Positions 13,947-28,600 of a stretch of DNA of 64,000 nt are shown here, one piece after another. Made by a program: the position numbers and the translations under genes. The stretch is taken from NCBI GenBank assembly GCA_038496445.1, contig JALMLS010000514.1, positions 124,001-188,000 of the forward strand, written 5' to 3'. Every line of letters starts with the position of its first letter. Positions within the stretch are counted from its first letter, which is position 1. The stretch comes from Trichosphaerium sp. ATCC 40318 (taxonomy: Eukaryota > Protista > Tubulinea). The notes under the pieces were generated by a model. The model saw nothing but the letters and a program-made list of their open reading frames with translations. It was not told where the DNA came from and did not search any database.

Positions 13947-16900
13947 TCAAGGTTTCCATGAAAGTGCTATACCATAGACTGAATTATTATCCTTCTTTCC
14001 AGTGAACCCTTTCTTAACAATTTCAAGGGAAAGAGAATGTTTAATCTTGAAATATCTAACAATTTCGTTACCCTTGCTTGATAAGAACTCATATAACATA
14101 GGTTTACACAAAGGCTTCATTGACCTCTTCGAAGGAACATCTAAAAATAGGAAATTTAGTATTTAAATAAGTAACACATGCCATTGATACCAAAAAGGAG
14201 TATTTCAAAAAAATCACGTGCCTTTCGTTGGAAGCATTTGTCCGATAATAAAAGGAGTAATTGGTCTTTTTCCTTTATCGATTTTTTCCATAAAGTCAGC
14301 GTTTGTTATTATTTCTGTTATCTCTGATAGGTACTGTGGATGTTGCATTTCGACTATACGTATAACCTTCTCATCATATAAATCATAAAGCTCCATATTG
14401 CTTGGTAAAGTAAGCTTCTTTGGTATAATCTCAACTGCAATCTCTTTTACAACAGCAAGAGACTTCCTTGAGTTTCTAGTAAACGCAGGACTCTAAAACA
14501 ACAATAAATATCAATTATAACTAATCTTACGTACTGTTGGATTAGACTCTCCACGTCCTCTACGTAATTCGCGCATCGTATCTTCTTTGAGACTCTGAAG
14601 TTGCTCTTTGATTTCATCCTAAAAAAAAATCAGCTGAGATTCTTCAACAAGTTTTCGCTTCGTTCGTTGTATCCTACCTCAGTCAAAGGTTTTTTTGAAG
14701 CTGGTTTCAAATCTTTTACTTCCTTTGCAATCGAATTATACCATGACTTCTTCTCACTAACAGTTTGAAGCTTGATTCTCCATTTTTTCTTGTGCGCTTC
14801 TGGATTTTCAAGAACAAGGAAACAATCAGCTAAAAATAAATTAATGTCTACCTTGTATTTGACTCTAAATATTGTACCATCGTATTCAGTAAGTTTATAT
14901 TCAGCTAGATCCAAGTTTGCAGTAACATCAAATCTCATAGTACCGAATAGCATCTTTTGCTTTGTTCTTACTTGTTTTCTTCGAAGAATCAATAGTTTTA
15001 CTGTTTCTTCATTTTGGAAAAGATAAAGTTGTTTTATTCCACCGTCAATCTCAGCCATACCCTCCTTTAGTATCATCTAATATAACAGTTATTTCCAAGT
15101 ATAAAAGTTAATAATCGTACATCGTTTTCACCAAAGTACCACTGATCATTGTCTTGTCTTGTACTTCCGAATATTGCATCATCGCTTTGTAGTTTTGAGT
15201 TTACTCTTAATTTTTTAGACTTTTGCTCGTATTCTCCTCTTCTCTTGTCAACATGAGATACGACCTCTGTAAACTAAAATCAAGAAGTTAAATAATATTA
15301 TTAAAAAACAGGGAATGGCTTACTCCTTTGATTGCTTTCTCAATATTTCTGTAATCAGGATGCTGCATCCAAGTCTTTTTAAGTAAATCTAGATTGTATG
15401 GGTTTAAACGAAAAAATCATTAAAACGAAACAAAGCACAGCTGTAAGAATCATTCTTCTCTGTTTTACCATCCAGTCCACTAAAACATCTATTGTTTAAT
15501 AGTGTCGTGAGGTAAAGGTGGTAAATGAGAAGTTGATACTGATTGATTCGAGATTGTATTTTTGTGGATAGTTTTTTGTGCGTATTTTGTACCTTTGAAG
15601 AATAGCTCATACTAAATATGAGTGTCATTAAAGTATTCATTTCAATTAGTTTTGTTTTTAAAAATGTACCTTCATTAATCTTTGGAAAGGCATAGGCAAG
15701 AGAAGTTCTAATGGAACGCTTATTTTTGTTTTCTTCATTGCTTTTTTTTGTTGAATCTAAACTTATTGAGTTCTCTTTTAACGCCGCTCAGCAAGTACCT
15801 CAAGAAACCTATTAACTGGTCCTCTTGATCTACAATCCAAAAGAGTTTTGTTTGATACAGGAACGTTATTGACATAAGTAGTGTACACTTTGAAGTACGA
15901 CATCTATTCCAATGTTAAGAAAAAAATCAAGATATATTGCTGACTTGCCACTTTAATAAATAAGTCTGCAAACTTCTGGTTTGGATGCCTATACGCAATA
16001 AGTATTATTTAATAGTATGTGGTTCAGACATACCACATTTGAATACGGTAACGCATGTCAATAAGTAATGTTTGATGGAATCGAAGAATATTCGCGACAT
16101 CTCCAAAAATAGCAGTTATTTCTTCATCTGAAATGATTTTTCTGTCTTTCATGACTTTACGGTAGAACTAGTTTACTGATAAACAAAACTGTCATACTGT
16201 CAATATTCTTAATTAAAGTACCATGATGATAACTTCAAGTGAGTCCCTGTACGTCACTTCTTTTTTGAGAAAATCTTCAACAACTTGGTACCTCTTTTTC
16301 GCCAACAATTCTATCAAATGACACTCAATGAATGATGACGCACGTGATTTCATAAACAATAAACTAATTTCATCGCGTACTTTTTCTATTTGTAGAACGA
16401 TGTGCGTTGAACCTTCGCACTAGACATTGTAGTGAAAGCGCAGCTTTCGATCTATCTCGTTTCTCTTGTGAAGTCAGTTCTGTATCTTCAAACGGCTGTT
16501 CGTTGCGGTTAAATCCTTTAAAGTCACCACTATCATTCATGCGCTGTACTAAATCACTGACATCAATAGCGCGACGTATCTAGGAGCAAAAGATATTGAG
16601 AAAAGCTTGGTCTTATCTCTCTTCAAAACCCGTACGATGTTTCTCTTTCCTGGATCTGAAAAAGCACGTGCTCTAGTTTTCGTTACTTCTTTCGCTTCAG
16701 GCTTAGCACCTAATTTTGCTGGAGCTTCTCTGCTTTCGAATAAAGATATTATCGATAAAACCTTCTCTTTAGACGGTTTTTTTGGTAACCTTAGATATTT
16801 CTGTAATTAGCATACAATCGACAAGTTTTTGGTTGGACTTCTTAAAATTTCGCTTATACCTTGCGCTAGGTCTACCATCAGGTGACTTACTACGCCTCTT

Positions 16901-17220
16901 GCGTTCAGGAGATTTACTCTTTCGTTTGTTTTTATTACTATCGCTGCTTCCACTTGGCTGTAAGTTTTTACTGCTCTTTCTGCGTTTCGTTAGTTAGCAA
17001 GTATGATTTTTTTGAAAGTTAACAGTTTGTTTTGGCTTGTTTCGCGTGAATACTTGTCTAACGTACTTTCCGAATCTCTTTCCCTTGCGTTTGTTCCTTT
17101 TTGAATGTTTTTGATCACGTGGAGGAGAAGTATCTTCATCTTCTTTCTCATGCACTGATGATAGGTTGTTCTTGCTTCCTGGATGTGTAAAAGAGTTTAC
17201 TGGCCCTGTAAAACTCGTTC
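13947..17220 (-). CDS. Dbl-family RhoGEF (DH-PH) with low-complexity basic N-terminus; start uncertain
   Basis: DH motifs KRYQVVEDFLKKEVTYRDSL, IISDEEITAIFGDV, FADLFIKVMSYFKVY, LLKKT..HPDY. PH-like 'ILKEG...QLYLFQN...EKKSWYNSIAK'. Confidence 0.85.
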
Positions 17221-17823
17221 CTAAAGATTGGATTTATTATTTCCATAAATTCTATTACGCAACGTCGTTTCGTTTAAATCACGTGATAGGAAGAAAAGAT
17301 AGTTTTGTTTTTTGAAAGTTTTTTTTATTTTTTGTACTTCTTGTAGTTTTGGACATCGCAGCTGAAGGTTGCTTTGTATTTATGTTGTTGCGCTTTAAAA
17401 GCGCTCAGCACCAAGTATAAGTTTGAAAAGGGAGCTTAACAGTTTAAACGGATAGAATCTCTACGATGCTGGCAACACTTGAAGCACACCTCTTTTTACT
17501 AGCGGTACTTCCAAATGGTAGCGAGTAAAACTGCATTGCTTCTTTACTTGAATAATTTGTACTACGCTTTAACACTTTCAAAAGCACGTGAATGCAAGCG
17601 ATTTCGCTCGTAGTACGCACAAGCAAGGATATGAAAAACAAGCACGCGTTCTTATCGAAGAAAGAAATCCCGCTTATTTTCAAGCACCTTTTTCGTGATG
17701 TTACATACGCACGTGTGCTTTATTAACCATACGTAGTCATGAAAAAGTAGGAACTTGTAGATTGATTCTTAAGCATACGCCAAACGCAGAAGACTGTAAA
17801 TGACGAACATTTAAAATAATGGT

Positions 17824-18565
17824 TTATAGCGTAGATAGCAATACAATTACAAACAAAGCTATTGAAAAGTGTACAATGAATGACGAGGAAGGTGCAACAG
17901 TTGGTGGCATTGGCGGTTGAGCTTCCGCTATAGTTCCACTACCAGAAGCCCATGTGCACTGTGAGGCATCACCAGGACGCGAAACAACAAACCACCACTA
18001 TTCAATGTCAAAAATAACGAACAACAATAAAATATCACGTGCGCTCATTGTGACAGATCCTGTACCAGCAGATGGTGCTGTCCATTTGAATGATAGATCA
18101 GTGTTTTTATCTGAGCCGTTATTGTGACGTATGCTACCTTGGCACTCCGACGCAGTGAACAGGCTTGGTGTAACAGAAAACGAAGGAGTAAGTGAAGCAA
18201 CACTGCCAGCAATAACACCATTTGGCGCAACGCCGGTATAGAAGGAAGCTACAAATCCCTAGGGGTCGATAGATTAGCATAGCGCACCTCAAACCAGCTT
18301 TGTTTGAGTAATAATGACAAAACCGTACCCTGTACGTTACAGTATCGCTAGCTGTTACAGTAAAAGTATATTCTGTGCCAGGAGAGTATTCTATAATCGG
18401 TGGTACAATTGTCAGGCCTGAAACGCCCTCACTTGCTGTTGAGCACATGGCAGTGCATATGGAACCGCTGTTTGCTGGACAAACGTTTATTGGGCCAACT
18501 GAATTGGCTAACGCAGCAAGCAGGCAAGAAAGGAGGATAGTGAAAAAGACGACCTTTGAGCACAT
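17824..18565 (-). CDS. Secreted/membrane-anchored Reeler-domain protein (3 exons; GC-AG intron 2)
   Basis: Signal peptide; 'YSPGTEYTFTV..YRGF', 'IRHNNGSDK...FKWTAPSAGTGSV'; hydrophobic C-terminal tail. Confidence 0.8.
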
Positions 18566-18981
18566 ACCTACGCGTGATTTTTTTCCAACATCTAAACAAC
18601 AACGTCACAAATATTGCACCTTTGTGAATCACAGCAAGGTGCAATTTTGATATCTTTTTTTACGTTTTTGGCGTGTCGCCTCGAAGGAGAAAGAACAATT
18701 GCAGTGGCCGTAGCTAGTTTGCTGGTAGCTGCTATTACATAAAAAAGTTCAGTCCAATACTAAAGCAACGAATGTAGACCGGTCTGCATTCGTTGAAACA
18801 ATGGAAATATTTCATAATATTTGTCACACGTGCGAAATGATAGAAAATAGAAAATGAAGTTGTGGACCCAAAACTGTATGCCAGCGAAAACCAAGAGTCA
18901 CACTTTGGATTGCTTAATCTGATTTTCGTTGAAATACTGTAAAGTCACTTCCCTTTCGTAGTGCGAACAAGAATACAAAAT

Positions 18982-19844
18982 ATGGCAAGCGAATACGATT
19001 TTGAAGATATTTCAAGTCTTTCTGTGCGTATTTAGGATGTATAATCACCAATAAGCTAAAAACGTATCAAAAGTCTTCTGAAAGTAGCGATTCCTATCAA
19101 AGTGGCGTATCAGACGTCGTTTGTGTTGATTGCGAACAGAATTTCAATTGTGTAGAATGTGGTGCGCCAAAATGCGCGAAATGCGTATCAACAACGGCAG
19201 AAGCTTGTTTACACTGTAATGTAATATTTTGCTTTGAATCTGGCTGTGCTGAAGAAGAAGAGGAAAGAACAGGCTCTTGCAGCGATTGCAACGTTGATTT
19301 CTGTCAGAAATGCTGGCCTGAAGACGCTGATAAGAACTCTCAAGCGTACAAAATGTATACGCAAATGGATATTCCTTTCGCGTGTTATAAATGTCTTTCA
19401 GCTCAGTTAAGAGATGCCTATTGCAGTGAAGAGGAAGAAAATGTTCCTGACGATGACAAAACAGTGGCTTCCAAGAAGAAGAGCAAGAATATAAAGCCAG
19501 AAGAAGGACATACTCTTGAGACAAATGGTTTTACATTCGGATTTTCTCAAAAAAATCCTTCACCGTCAACGTCAAGTGTCAAACAAGTACCTACCACTTC
19601 AACGACACCTTCAATAGAGCAGATATGGGCTCATGTACAAAAGCTTACTGAGGAGAACGAGACGCTGAAAGGAAAAGTTGAAGATCTTGAGGTACTTTAA
19701 CTTTTTTTTTACTATCGTAGGCACTCTCCGTCAGAAGTGTCTCTACAATATGAGCCATTGTAATTATTCTTAACTCCTTTTGTTTAGGCTACTGTTGATG
19801 CTTTAAAAGAAGAGCTGGTAGAAGTTTCTGAAGCGTTAAGTTGA
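18982..19844 (+). CDS. Cys-rich (multiple CxxC) protein with C-terminal coiled coil
   Basis: CVDC, CVEC, CAKC, CLHC, CSDC, CQKC, CYKC in frame with ORF 19353..19700; coiled coil 'VQKLTEENETLKGKVEDLE'. Confidence 0.65.
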
Positions 19845-20082
19845 CTTCAATTGTGTAACAAAAGTATTTTATTTTTAATGTCTTTGTTTTTTGTTTCTCT
19901 ATTACAGGTAGAGAAGTGTTACAGAAGTATGAGCTACGAAATTGTATAGGAATAATTTGAATTCCATTCTATGGGATTTTTATTGGAACCAACGTCAACA
20001 CAGTAACTCAGGCTGCCAGTTCGTTGAAAATTGTTTTGTGAAAGTCAAGACCTTTTCAAAATACCCTAAAAAGATATTAGCA

Positions 20083-20589
20083 ATGCGTTGCCAGCTTTTA
20101 TGTATAGCACTAAACGTCATTACAAGCCTGGTATTATTAATACTGCTTACAGCATTAAACACAACATACACGTGCTCAGATACAGGCTTTTTTATAGACA
20201 ATGGCGCGAATGTCGTGTTTGGAGTCGGATTTGGTCTTGTTATGCTCAGCTTGTTGATGTTGGTTTGTGGTAAAAGAATGGCGTTTGTACCTTTGCTTTT
20301 GGTTCCATTGTCGGCTTTTATAATGATGATTGTATCCATAATTTGCGCCTCGAATGGTTGTTACGCTTGTAATATTGGAAGAACAATAGATTCATGCACG
20401 TGTCACCATGGTCTCCAAGTTACAATTATTGTTGTGGCAAGTATAGGGCTTTCTCTTTTGTGCTTTATTTTACCTTGTTGTGGTGTATGTTGTGCCAGGA
20501 ATGATAAAGGAACTGAACGAGAACCTTTAGTGGGCAGATATTATTATGTATGGATTGTTCAGTACTTTTATGTAGTTGAGTACAATTAA
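20083..20589 (+). CDS. Small four-TM protein with Cys-rich loop
   Basis: Four hydrophobic segments, Cys-rich extracellular loop, juxtamembrane CC clusters, 'EREPL' tail. Confidence 0.6.
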   Translation: MRCQLLCIALNVITSLVLLILLTALNTTYTCSDTGFFIDNGANVVFGVGFGLVMLSLLMLVCGKRMAFVPLLLVPLSAFIMMIVSIICASNGCYACNIGRTIDSCTCHHGLQVTIIVVASIGLSLLCFILPCCGVCCARNDKGTEREPLVGRYYYVWIVQYFYVVEYN

Positions 20590-20801
20590 CAATACCATCA
20601 AATAAACAACTTAAACAACATCTAGCTAAAACGAGAAATTTGTTTTCCAACAGGAGCTGAGTTTGCCATAAAACCCTATTTGATATGAAGGCCTACGAAT
20701 TTAAAATAGGTAACTTCTGTTTCTCGACAGTTGCTCCAAAACCCAAAACAGCCAGTGATTGCAGTTGTGAGAATAATTTATTAGTATGCTTGAAGCTACG
20801 T

Positions 20802-23800
20802 TTATAGACCTGTACTTTCTGTATCCTCGAGGAGTACCCTAAGCTTTGAAATTTCTTCCTTTAACTGTTTATTTTCCTTCTCCAAAGCAACAGCATTTGT
20901 TGAAATACCACCGAGATCAAGATCCAGAGAACTAGAAAAAAGTTAATAACGAAAAACAATTTTGTTGTCTTCTTAGTACAGTTTATCCTTGATCGGTCTA
21001 TCGTTGCCTGAGAAAATAACGTATAATTTTGGAATGAACATGACAGCGAGAGTAGCTTCAAATAGGGTTAGAAAACACATGTTCTAAGGTGGTACCTGTT
21101 GCACTAAACCAAATTGCTGATGAGAAAATGACACTTGTGGTTTTTAATTGACTTGGTGAGTTTAATGCATATCCCACAACGACAAGGATGGAAGCCCATA
21201 AAAATGTATTATAAATTGTATAAGCCAACCAACGGGATTCGTTGAATATACTTGGAGCTTTACGGACAGCAAAAGCAAGATAAGCACCAAAAATAAGAAT
21301 TATGCCCTGAAACAAGTTAAACAAGAATAAAACGAGAATATGTTGGTGCTTAGACGTACATCGTAAACAATGGTTAAAATCAAAAAAGCATTCGCGTGGC
21401 TGCTTGTACATTTTTCTAGCGCATGTATGTCATCCGATGGATCAGCTATTGTTGAGACACGGTTTGGGGATGTTGAAGACCAAACGATTAAAGTCACCTT
21501 TTGATGTTAAAGAAAAAAAGAAGACTAAGAAGCAAAATTACTAAGGATACAAGCTGTCCTCCGATCAATCCAACTGTTATTTGTACAACAACTTTAAGAG
21601 GTATTGAAACAATTTGGGTTCCATTATTGGCTAGAGAACTAAATATGCGGTGTATTCGGTACGTCTTTGCTATCACAGGCCTATTTTAGTGTGAGTAATT
21701 CTGAGAAAAAAAACCACATGTAGCTTACGCTATTGTTGCAATTAATCCCATAAGCGGTAACCATATCTTCAATTCACACTGAAAATTAAATATGGGCATT
21801 ATCCTTAATAAAAGCAAGTGAGCAAGACTGCCAAAACTATAAAAAAACGAACCAAAAAATAGAAGCAGCATATGTCATCGCAATACCAACAAGTATCACA
21901 ACAAGTAACTCTCTTGTAGATGCCATAAGAATAGGTGACGATTTCCTAATGGCTCTTTAGTACAAGCACTGATTTCATAGTTACCAGTTCCATAAAATGA
22001 TGAGGAATGTAACAAAGGTTAAGAACAGTCCAATACACGAAACTATTAAAAGTGCTATTGTAGACCCGTCATGCCAACTGCTCCAAGATTGTAAAGTTCT
22101 CAGTGGCTCCAAGACAGTAATAAATAGAGATGTATTAGTCTTAGAGATAGAAAAGTGCATCATTTCATCGAACTCATTGATTACAATGACGTTTCCATTA
22201 AACTCAAAATATGAGTTTTGACATGAAACCATCTTAATCGCAGATCCATACTCAACATTAGCACTTTGTATGTTCACTATCATTGTTCCATCTATTTCCG
22301 TGTTAAATAGTTCAACAGCATGGGAAGGAAGTTGTTTTTGGCATACAAGATAAAAACAAAGCATGAACACGTGCCTATTATAATTGACGTATTTCCAGCA
22401 CATTGCAATGTTGACTCATCCATATACATCACAATGCTTGCAGTTTTTCCAATAAATAACTCTATACCGGAAAACGTTGTAAGACCCTAAATTATTAAGT
22501 TAGAACCTCCTTCACCCTGCTTAAGACTAACCTGTAAAATTAAAGTTGAGCCGTTTGTCACTTTCAACGAACTATTTGATCCTTGTATTTGTATGAATGG
22601 TTCTATCTCAACTATTGAACGATCTTTATTGATAATGTGGGAGTATGGAATGTTCATAGATGATGTCAGGTCGGAACGGGCTATAGTCATATTACCTAAT
22701 GCAATTATAAGAGAAGAAACATGAATTTGTGTCAACAAAGTACCCTTGTTTTCTATTGTCATATGGTCTATCGTTACACTTGTCTGTAATACAGATGTTG
22801 CATTGGCGCCGAGGAGAACCGTTTGTAGGTGGCTTTCTTCATACGCAAATGAGCCCTAAATATTGTATTAATACATAACTACATAATTGTATAACTCACA
22901 TTTAAAGCTCCCCTTCTCGCCATAAGGTACTCCTCAACGACTAATATACCACCAGATTCAAACTCGAGTATACCTCCATTCATTGTGAGATCACCAACTG
23001 ATTCTGTAGAAAAAATACGCCAAGTGTTCTCAACTTCAAGTGTTGAAAAGCGATTACCTCAAATAAAATGTCACCAACTTTCAATAACACTCAAAGTCTA
23101 TGGTGTACCACGTGTATTACTAGGCATCACTTTATCAATATCAGAACGTTTAGAATCATAGAACACATTATCAAACAAGTTAGTAGTACTGTTTTGCTCC
23201 GTAATCGTGATAGCTAGCTTCAATGTTAAGTGCCTTATTAAAACAGAAACACATCAGTTTAAACGAAAAATAATACTTACTTGTGCCTTGGTTGCTTTCA
23301 AATGTGTTATTAGCTATGTTTAAACTACCACTAAGCCCGTTTTGAAGCGTGCTGTAAATGGCTCCACCAGATAATGTAGCTTTGTTGTTTTCAAATATGC
23401 ATGAGTCCAAAACATAGTCTCCGTTGTGAGGAATCGCAACAGCACCTCCATGTTCATTTGCTTCGTTTTTAAGGAAATAACTATTCCTTACAGACCATGT
23501 GCTGTTGTCTGCTATCAATGCTCCTCCTTCAGGAGAGATGTTCTTTATAAAGTTGACTGAATCTACTGTTAGGACAGCTCCATATTCTATATAAATACCA
23601 CCTCCTCCTAGTTCAGCGCTATTACTTTCAATTGTAGAATTAGTTATCATAAGTTCTCCTCCTCTCACGGTTATAGCTCCTCCAGTTGCTTCCACGTTGT
23701 TGTTAATAAATGTAACTGAATCAATGGCGCAAACAGTCGAACCGAGATAAATAGCAGCTCCAGATGGAGCATTGTTTGATTCGAAATGCGAGTTTGTAAG

Positions 23801-25266
23801 GGAAACATTGGCACAACGAACAAAGCTGATACCTCCTCCCCTGATATTAGTAAAGATATCGTATTCATTGGCTGTATTGCCAAGAAATAAGGAATCTGAA
23901 ATGTCAACTTGTGTTGTGCGTATAATCGCTAATCCAGCCTGTCTACCCTCTAAGCGAGTATTTTTGATTGTTACGTTTGTACTCCGTAAAATGGATATTC
24001 CTCTAAAACTATATTGTGCTGTGTTGTTTCTACAATGCAAAGAATTAGCAATTCAATCAAAACCAAAAGTACCTGAAGCTGCAGTTATCTATGATTATTG
24101 TTGTTACTTGTAAGTGCAAAGTACTCCAAGAGTATGGTGTACAAAAGTCAAATGTTGTGTTTCTGACAATGACAGTTGTGTTGAATCTGCGCGATTCAGT
24201 TGCCTCCATAATACCTACAAAGGTTATTAATTTCTGCCCACGTGATTTTAAAGTTCAAAACCATTAAAACGTACCCATCTCGTAACTTTCTCCATCAATG
24301 AACTTAGAATCTTCTACTTCTACAGAGCTATCCTCGAAAGAAATACCTCCAGAGTTCCTTTCAAATACTACGCTATAACAACAGTTAAAATATCTCGTCT
24401 TTAGTTGTGCTTGCGACATACCCCTACAACAAAAAAGAGGACTCTTTTGCGAGTATAACATTTCTATCGGTAGCGTCGCCAGTGCAAGTACAATCCGTAA
24501 TCACACAAGATCTACGAAGTTTAAATGCTAATGAATATAAACAACAAGTGTACCTTATCTCTACAGTCCATCCTTGAGCCTCAATGATAGAAGCATTGTG
24601 AAAAAAGTCTGAAAAGGACTAACAACGGATTAACCAAAAAAAAACGTACAAACCAATTTAGGAATAAACCCAACATACGCTATTCGGATAGCATGTCATG
24701 CGCGTAATTTGAAGGCTAGAGATCTTTAAAAAATAGTCCTGAGTCGCTTCCTCAGCGACCAAGAAGTAACCGGAATATTCTCCGTCGATAATAGTATCAG
24801 CGCTACCTACAAAAGTATTACAATAACGCTTCCAATCAATCACGTGTTTTTTAGAGAAAACCAAATTCAAATAGCCAATTTCATTTTAACTCATCTCCTA
24901 ATGCGTAAACGTATTTGTACCTTCTATAGAAATATTCAAAGCTCTTTGTAGAGTAATGTTGACGTTATTTGGACCTTTCAAGGGTATAAATAAGATCGTT
25001 GTTGTTACGAATTGTTCCGTACCAGTAAATACCCCGTTTGAGAGTTTTATGATATCATTCGTTGTAGCCACATCCTGTAACGCATAACGAAGAGATTTGC
25101 ATGGATTTACCTTACAATCACCTAAATCTGCACCTAAACAGCTGTGTTAAGTTTTGTTACAAAAAATGATGAAATAAAAATCCTTACCGTCGTTGCTTAC
25201 ATGAAGCACTGCACACTGATGAAAAGATATCATACATATAAATATCCCTAGAAAGTACATTGTCAT
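20802..25266 (-). CDS. Class C (7tm_3) GPCR with Pmp-like right-handed beta-helix ectodomain, tandem copy 1
   Basis: AKTYRIHRIF, VRKAPSIFNESRWLAYTIYN, FIPKL and C-terminal coiled coil. Ectodomain GGA(I/L/V)..FxxN repeats; N-terminal 'PCKSLRYAL'; signal peptide. Confidence 0.85.
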
Positions 25267-25601
25267 AGAAACCAATCACAAAATTTGTTGCCGATCAATT
25301 AAGACGAAAATACTTAAATATGCTATTGTTAAGTCAGCTTACTTGTCGAATTGTAAACTTTTTCTTCACGCACTCCCTCTCTTATCTTTGATGCTGAGAT
25401 TGTTTTGAAACATCCTTGCCACTTTTTAAACCGCGCATTGTGAGTAACGTCTCAACAAAGGTTTTTGCCAAAAAACTGTTAAAACCTACTTGTTTCTCTC
25501 GAGGTTTAGCGGTTTAGACCTATCACAAGTAATTACAGATTAAAAATAACTCGAAAACCAGATAATTTAAGAAGAATTTATTAATATGCTGGATACAACG
25601 T

Positions 25602-28600
25602 TTATAGCTCGGTGCTTTCTGTATCCTCGAGAAGTGCTTTTAGTTTTGTTATTTCTTCCTTTAACTCTTTATTTTCCTTCTCCAAGGCATCTGCATTTGT
25701 TGAAATACCACTGAGATCAATAGATCTATAAAAAGTTAATGACAAGAAACAATTATTTTGTCCTTCTTAGTACAGTTTATCCTTGATCGGTCTATCGTTG
25801 CCTGAGAAAATAACGTATAATTTCGGAATGAACATGACAGCGAGAGTAGCTTCAAATAGGTTTAGAAAATACATGTTCTAAGGTAGTACCTGTTGCACTG
25901 AACCAAATTGCTGATGAGAAAATGACACTTGTGGTTTTTAATTGACTTGGTGTATTTAATGCATATCCGACAACGACAAGGATGGAAGCCCATAAAAATG
26001 TATTATAAATTGTATAAGCCAACCAACGGGATTCGTTGAATATACTTGGAGCTTTACGGACAGCAAAAGCAAGATAAGCACCAAAATAAGAATTATGCCC
26101 TGAAACAAGTTAAACAAGAATAAAACGAGAATATGTTGGTGCTTAGACGTACATCGTAAACAATGGTTAAAATCAAAAATGCATTTGAATATCTGCTTGT
26201 ACATTTTTCTAGCGCATGTATGTCATCTGATGGATCAGCTATTGTTGCGACACGGTTTGGGGATGTTGAAGACCAAACGATTAAAGTTACCTTTTGATGT
26301 TAAAGAAAAAACCATGTTGATTAAGAATGTGGTGAAAGGATACAAGCTGTCCTCCGATCAATCCAACTGTTATTTGTACAACAACTTTAAGAGGTATTGA
26401 AACAACTTGGGTTCCATTATTGGCAAGAGAACTAAATATGCGGTGTATTCGATATGTCTTTGCTATCACAGGCCTATTTCAAGGTTAGCTTCTGAGATTT
26501 AAAAAACTCTGTATTTGTATACGCTATTGTTGTGATTAATCCCATAAGCGGCAACCATATCTTCAATTCACACTGAAAATTAAAAATAGGCATTATCCTT
26601 AATAAAACCAAGTGAGCAGACTGCCAAAACTATAAAAAAAACCGAACCAAAAAATAGAAGCAGCATATGTCATCGCAATACCAACAAGTATCACAACAAG
26701 TAACTCTCTTGTAGATGCCATAAGAATAGGTGACGATTTCCTAATGGCTCATTAGTACATCACGCACTGAGTTTCATAATTACCAGTTCCATAAAATGAT
26801 GAGGAATGTGGTAAAGGTTAAGAACATTCCAATACACGAAACTATTAAAAGTGCTATTGTAGACCCGTCATGCCAACTGCTCCAAGGTTGTAAAGTTCTC
26901 AGTGGCTCCAAGACAGTAATAAACAGAGATGTATTAGTCTTCGAGATAGAAAAGTGCATCATTTCATCGAACTCATTGATTACAATGACGTTTCCATTAA
27001 ACTCAAAATATGAGTTTTGACATGAAACCATCTTAATCGCAGATCCATACTCAACATTATGTATGTTCACTATCATTGTTCCATCTATTTCCGTGTTAAA
27101 TAGTTCAACAGCATGAAGATTAAGCAAAGCAATGCACACGTGCCTATTATAATTGACGTATTTCCAGCACATTGCAATGTTGACTCATCCATATACATCA
27201 CAATGTTTGCAGTTTTTCCAATAAATAACTCAAGCCCCGAAAACGTAACAGTACCCTACATTTTGTTTTAAACCTTCATGCAAACTTAAAACTAACCTGT
27301 AAAATTAAAGTTGAGCCGTTTGTCACTTTCAACGAACTATTTGATCCTTGTATTTGTATGAATGGTTCTATCTCAACTATTGAACGATCTTTATTGATAA
27401 TATGAGAGTGTGGAATGTTCATAGATGATGTCAGTTCAGAACGGGCTAACGTCATATTGCCTAGTGGCGTGAGTAAGCAGTGGAAAACTATCACTTCTCA
27501 AAGTGTGGTACCTTCGTTTTCTATTGTCATATGGTCAATTGTTACACCTGCGAGTATTTCAGACTTCGTATTGGCGGTTAGGAGAACTGTTTGTAGTTGG
27601 TTTCCTTCGTTTGTAATTGAGCCCTATAACATTGTGTTAACTACTTGTGGTAAACTATGTATTTTTAACTCACGTTTAAAGCTCCCCTTCTCGCCATAAG
27701 GTACTCCTCAACGACTAATATACCACCAGATTCAAACTCGAGTATACCTTCATTTATTGTGAGATCATCAACTGATTCTGTAGACTTAATACGCCAAGTG
27801 TCCTCAACTTCAAGTGTTGAAAAGCGATTACCTCAAATAAAATGTCACCAACTTTCAATAACACTCAAAGTCTATGGTGTACCATGTGTATTACTAGGCA
27901 TCACTTTATCAATATCAGAACGTTTAGAATCATAGAACACATTATCAAACAAGTTAATAGTACTGTTTTGCTCCGTAATCGTGATACCTAGCTTCAATGT
28001 TAAGGCGCTTAAAAAACAGAAACAACATCAGTTTGAACGAAAGATAATACTTACTTGTTCCTCGGTTGCTTTCAAATGTATTATTAGTTATGTTTAACGT
28101 ATCAGAATGCTCTTGTCGAAGGGTGACATAAATGGCTCCTCCTGCAGATATCGCTTTGTTGCTTTCAAACATGCATGAATCCAAAACATAGTCTCCGTGG
28201 TGAGGAATCGCTACAGCACCTCCATGTTCACTTGCTTCATTTTTAAGGAAATAACTATTCCTTACAGACAAAGTGTTGCTATCACCTGCCATCAACGCTC
28301 CTCCTTCAGGAGAGATATTCTTTATAAAGTTGACTGAATCTACTGTTAGGACAGCTCCATATTCTATATAAATACCACCTCCTCCTAGTTCAGCACTGTT
28401 ACTTTCAATTGTAGAATTAGTTATCATAAGTTCTCCTCCTCTCATGTGTTATAGCTCCTCCAATTATTTCCGCGTTGTTGTTAATAAATGTAACTGAATC
28501 AATGGCGCAAACAGTCGAACCGAGATAAATAGCAGCTCCAGATGGAGCATTGTTTGATTCGAAATGTGAATTTGTAAGGGAAACATTGGCGCATTGGAAA

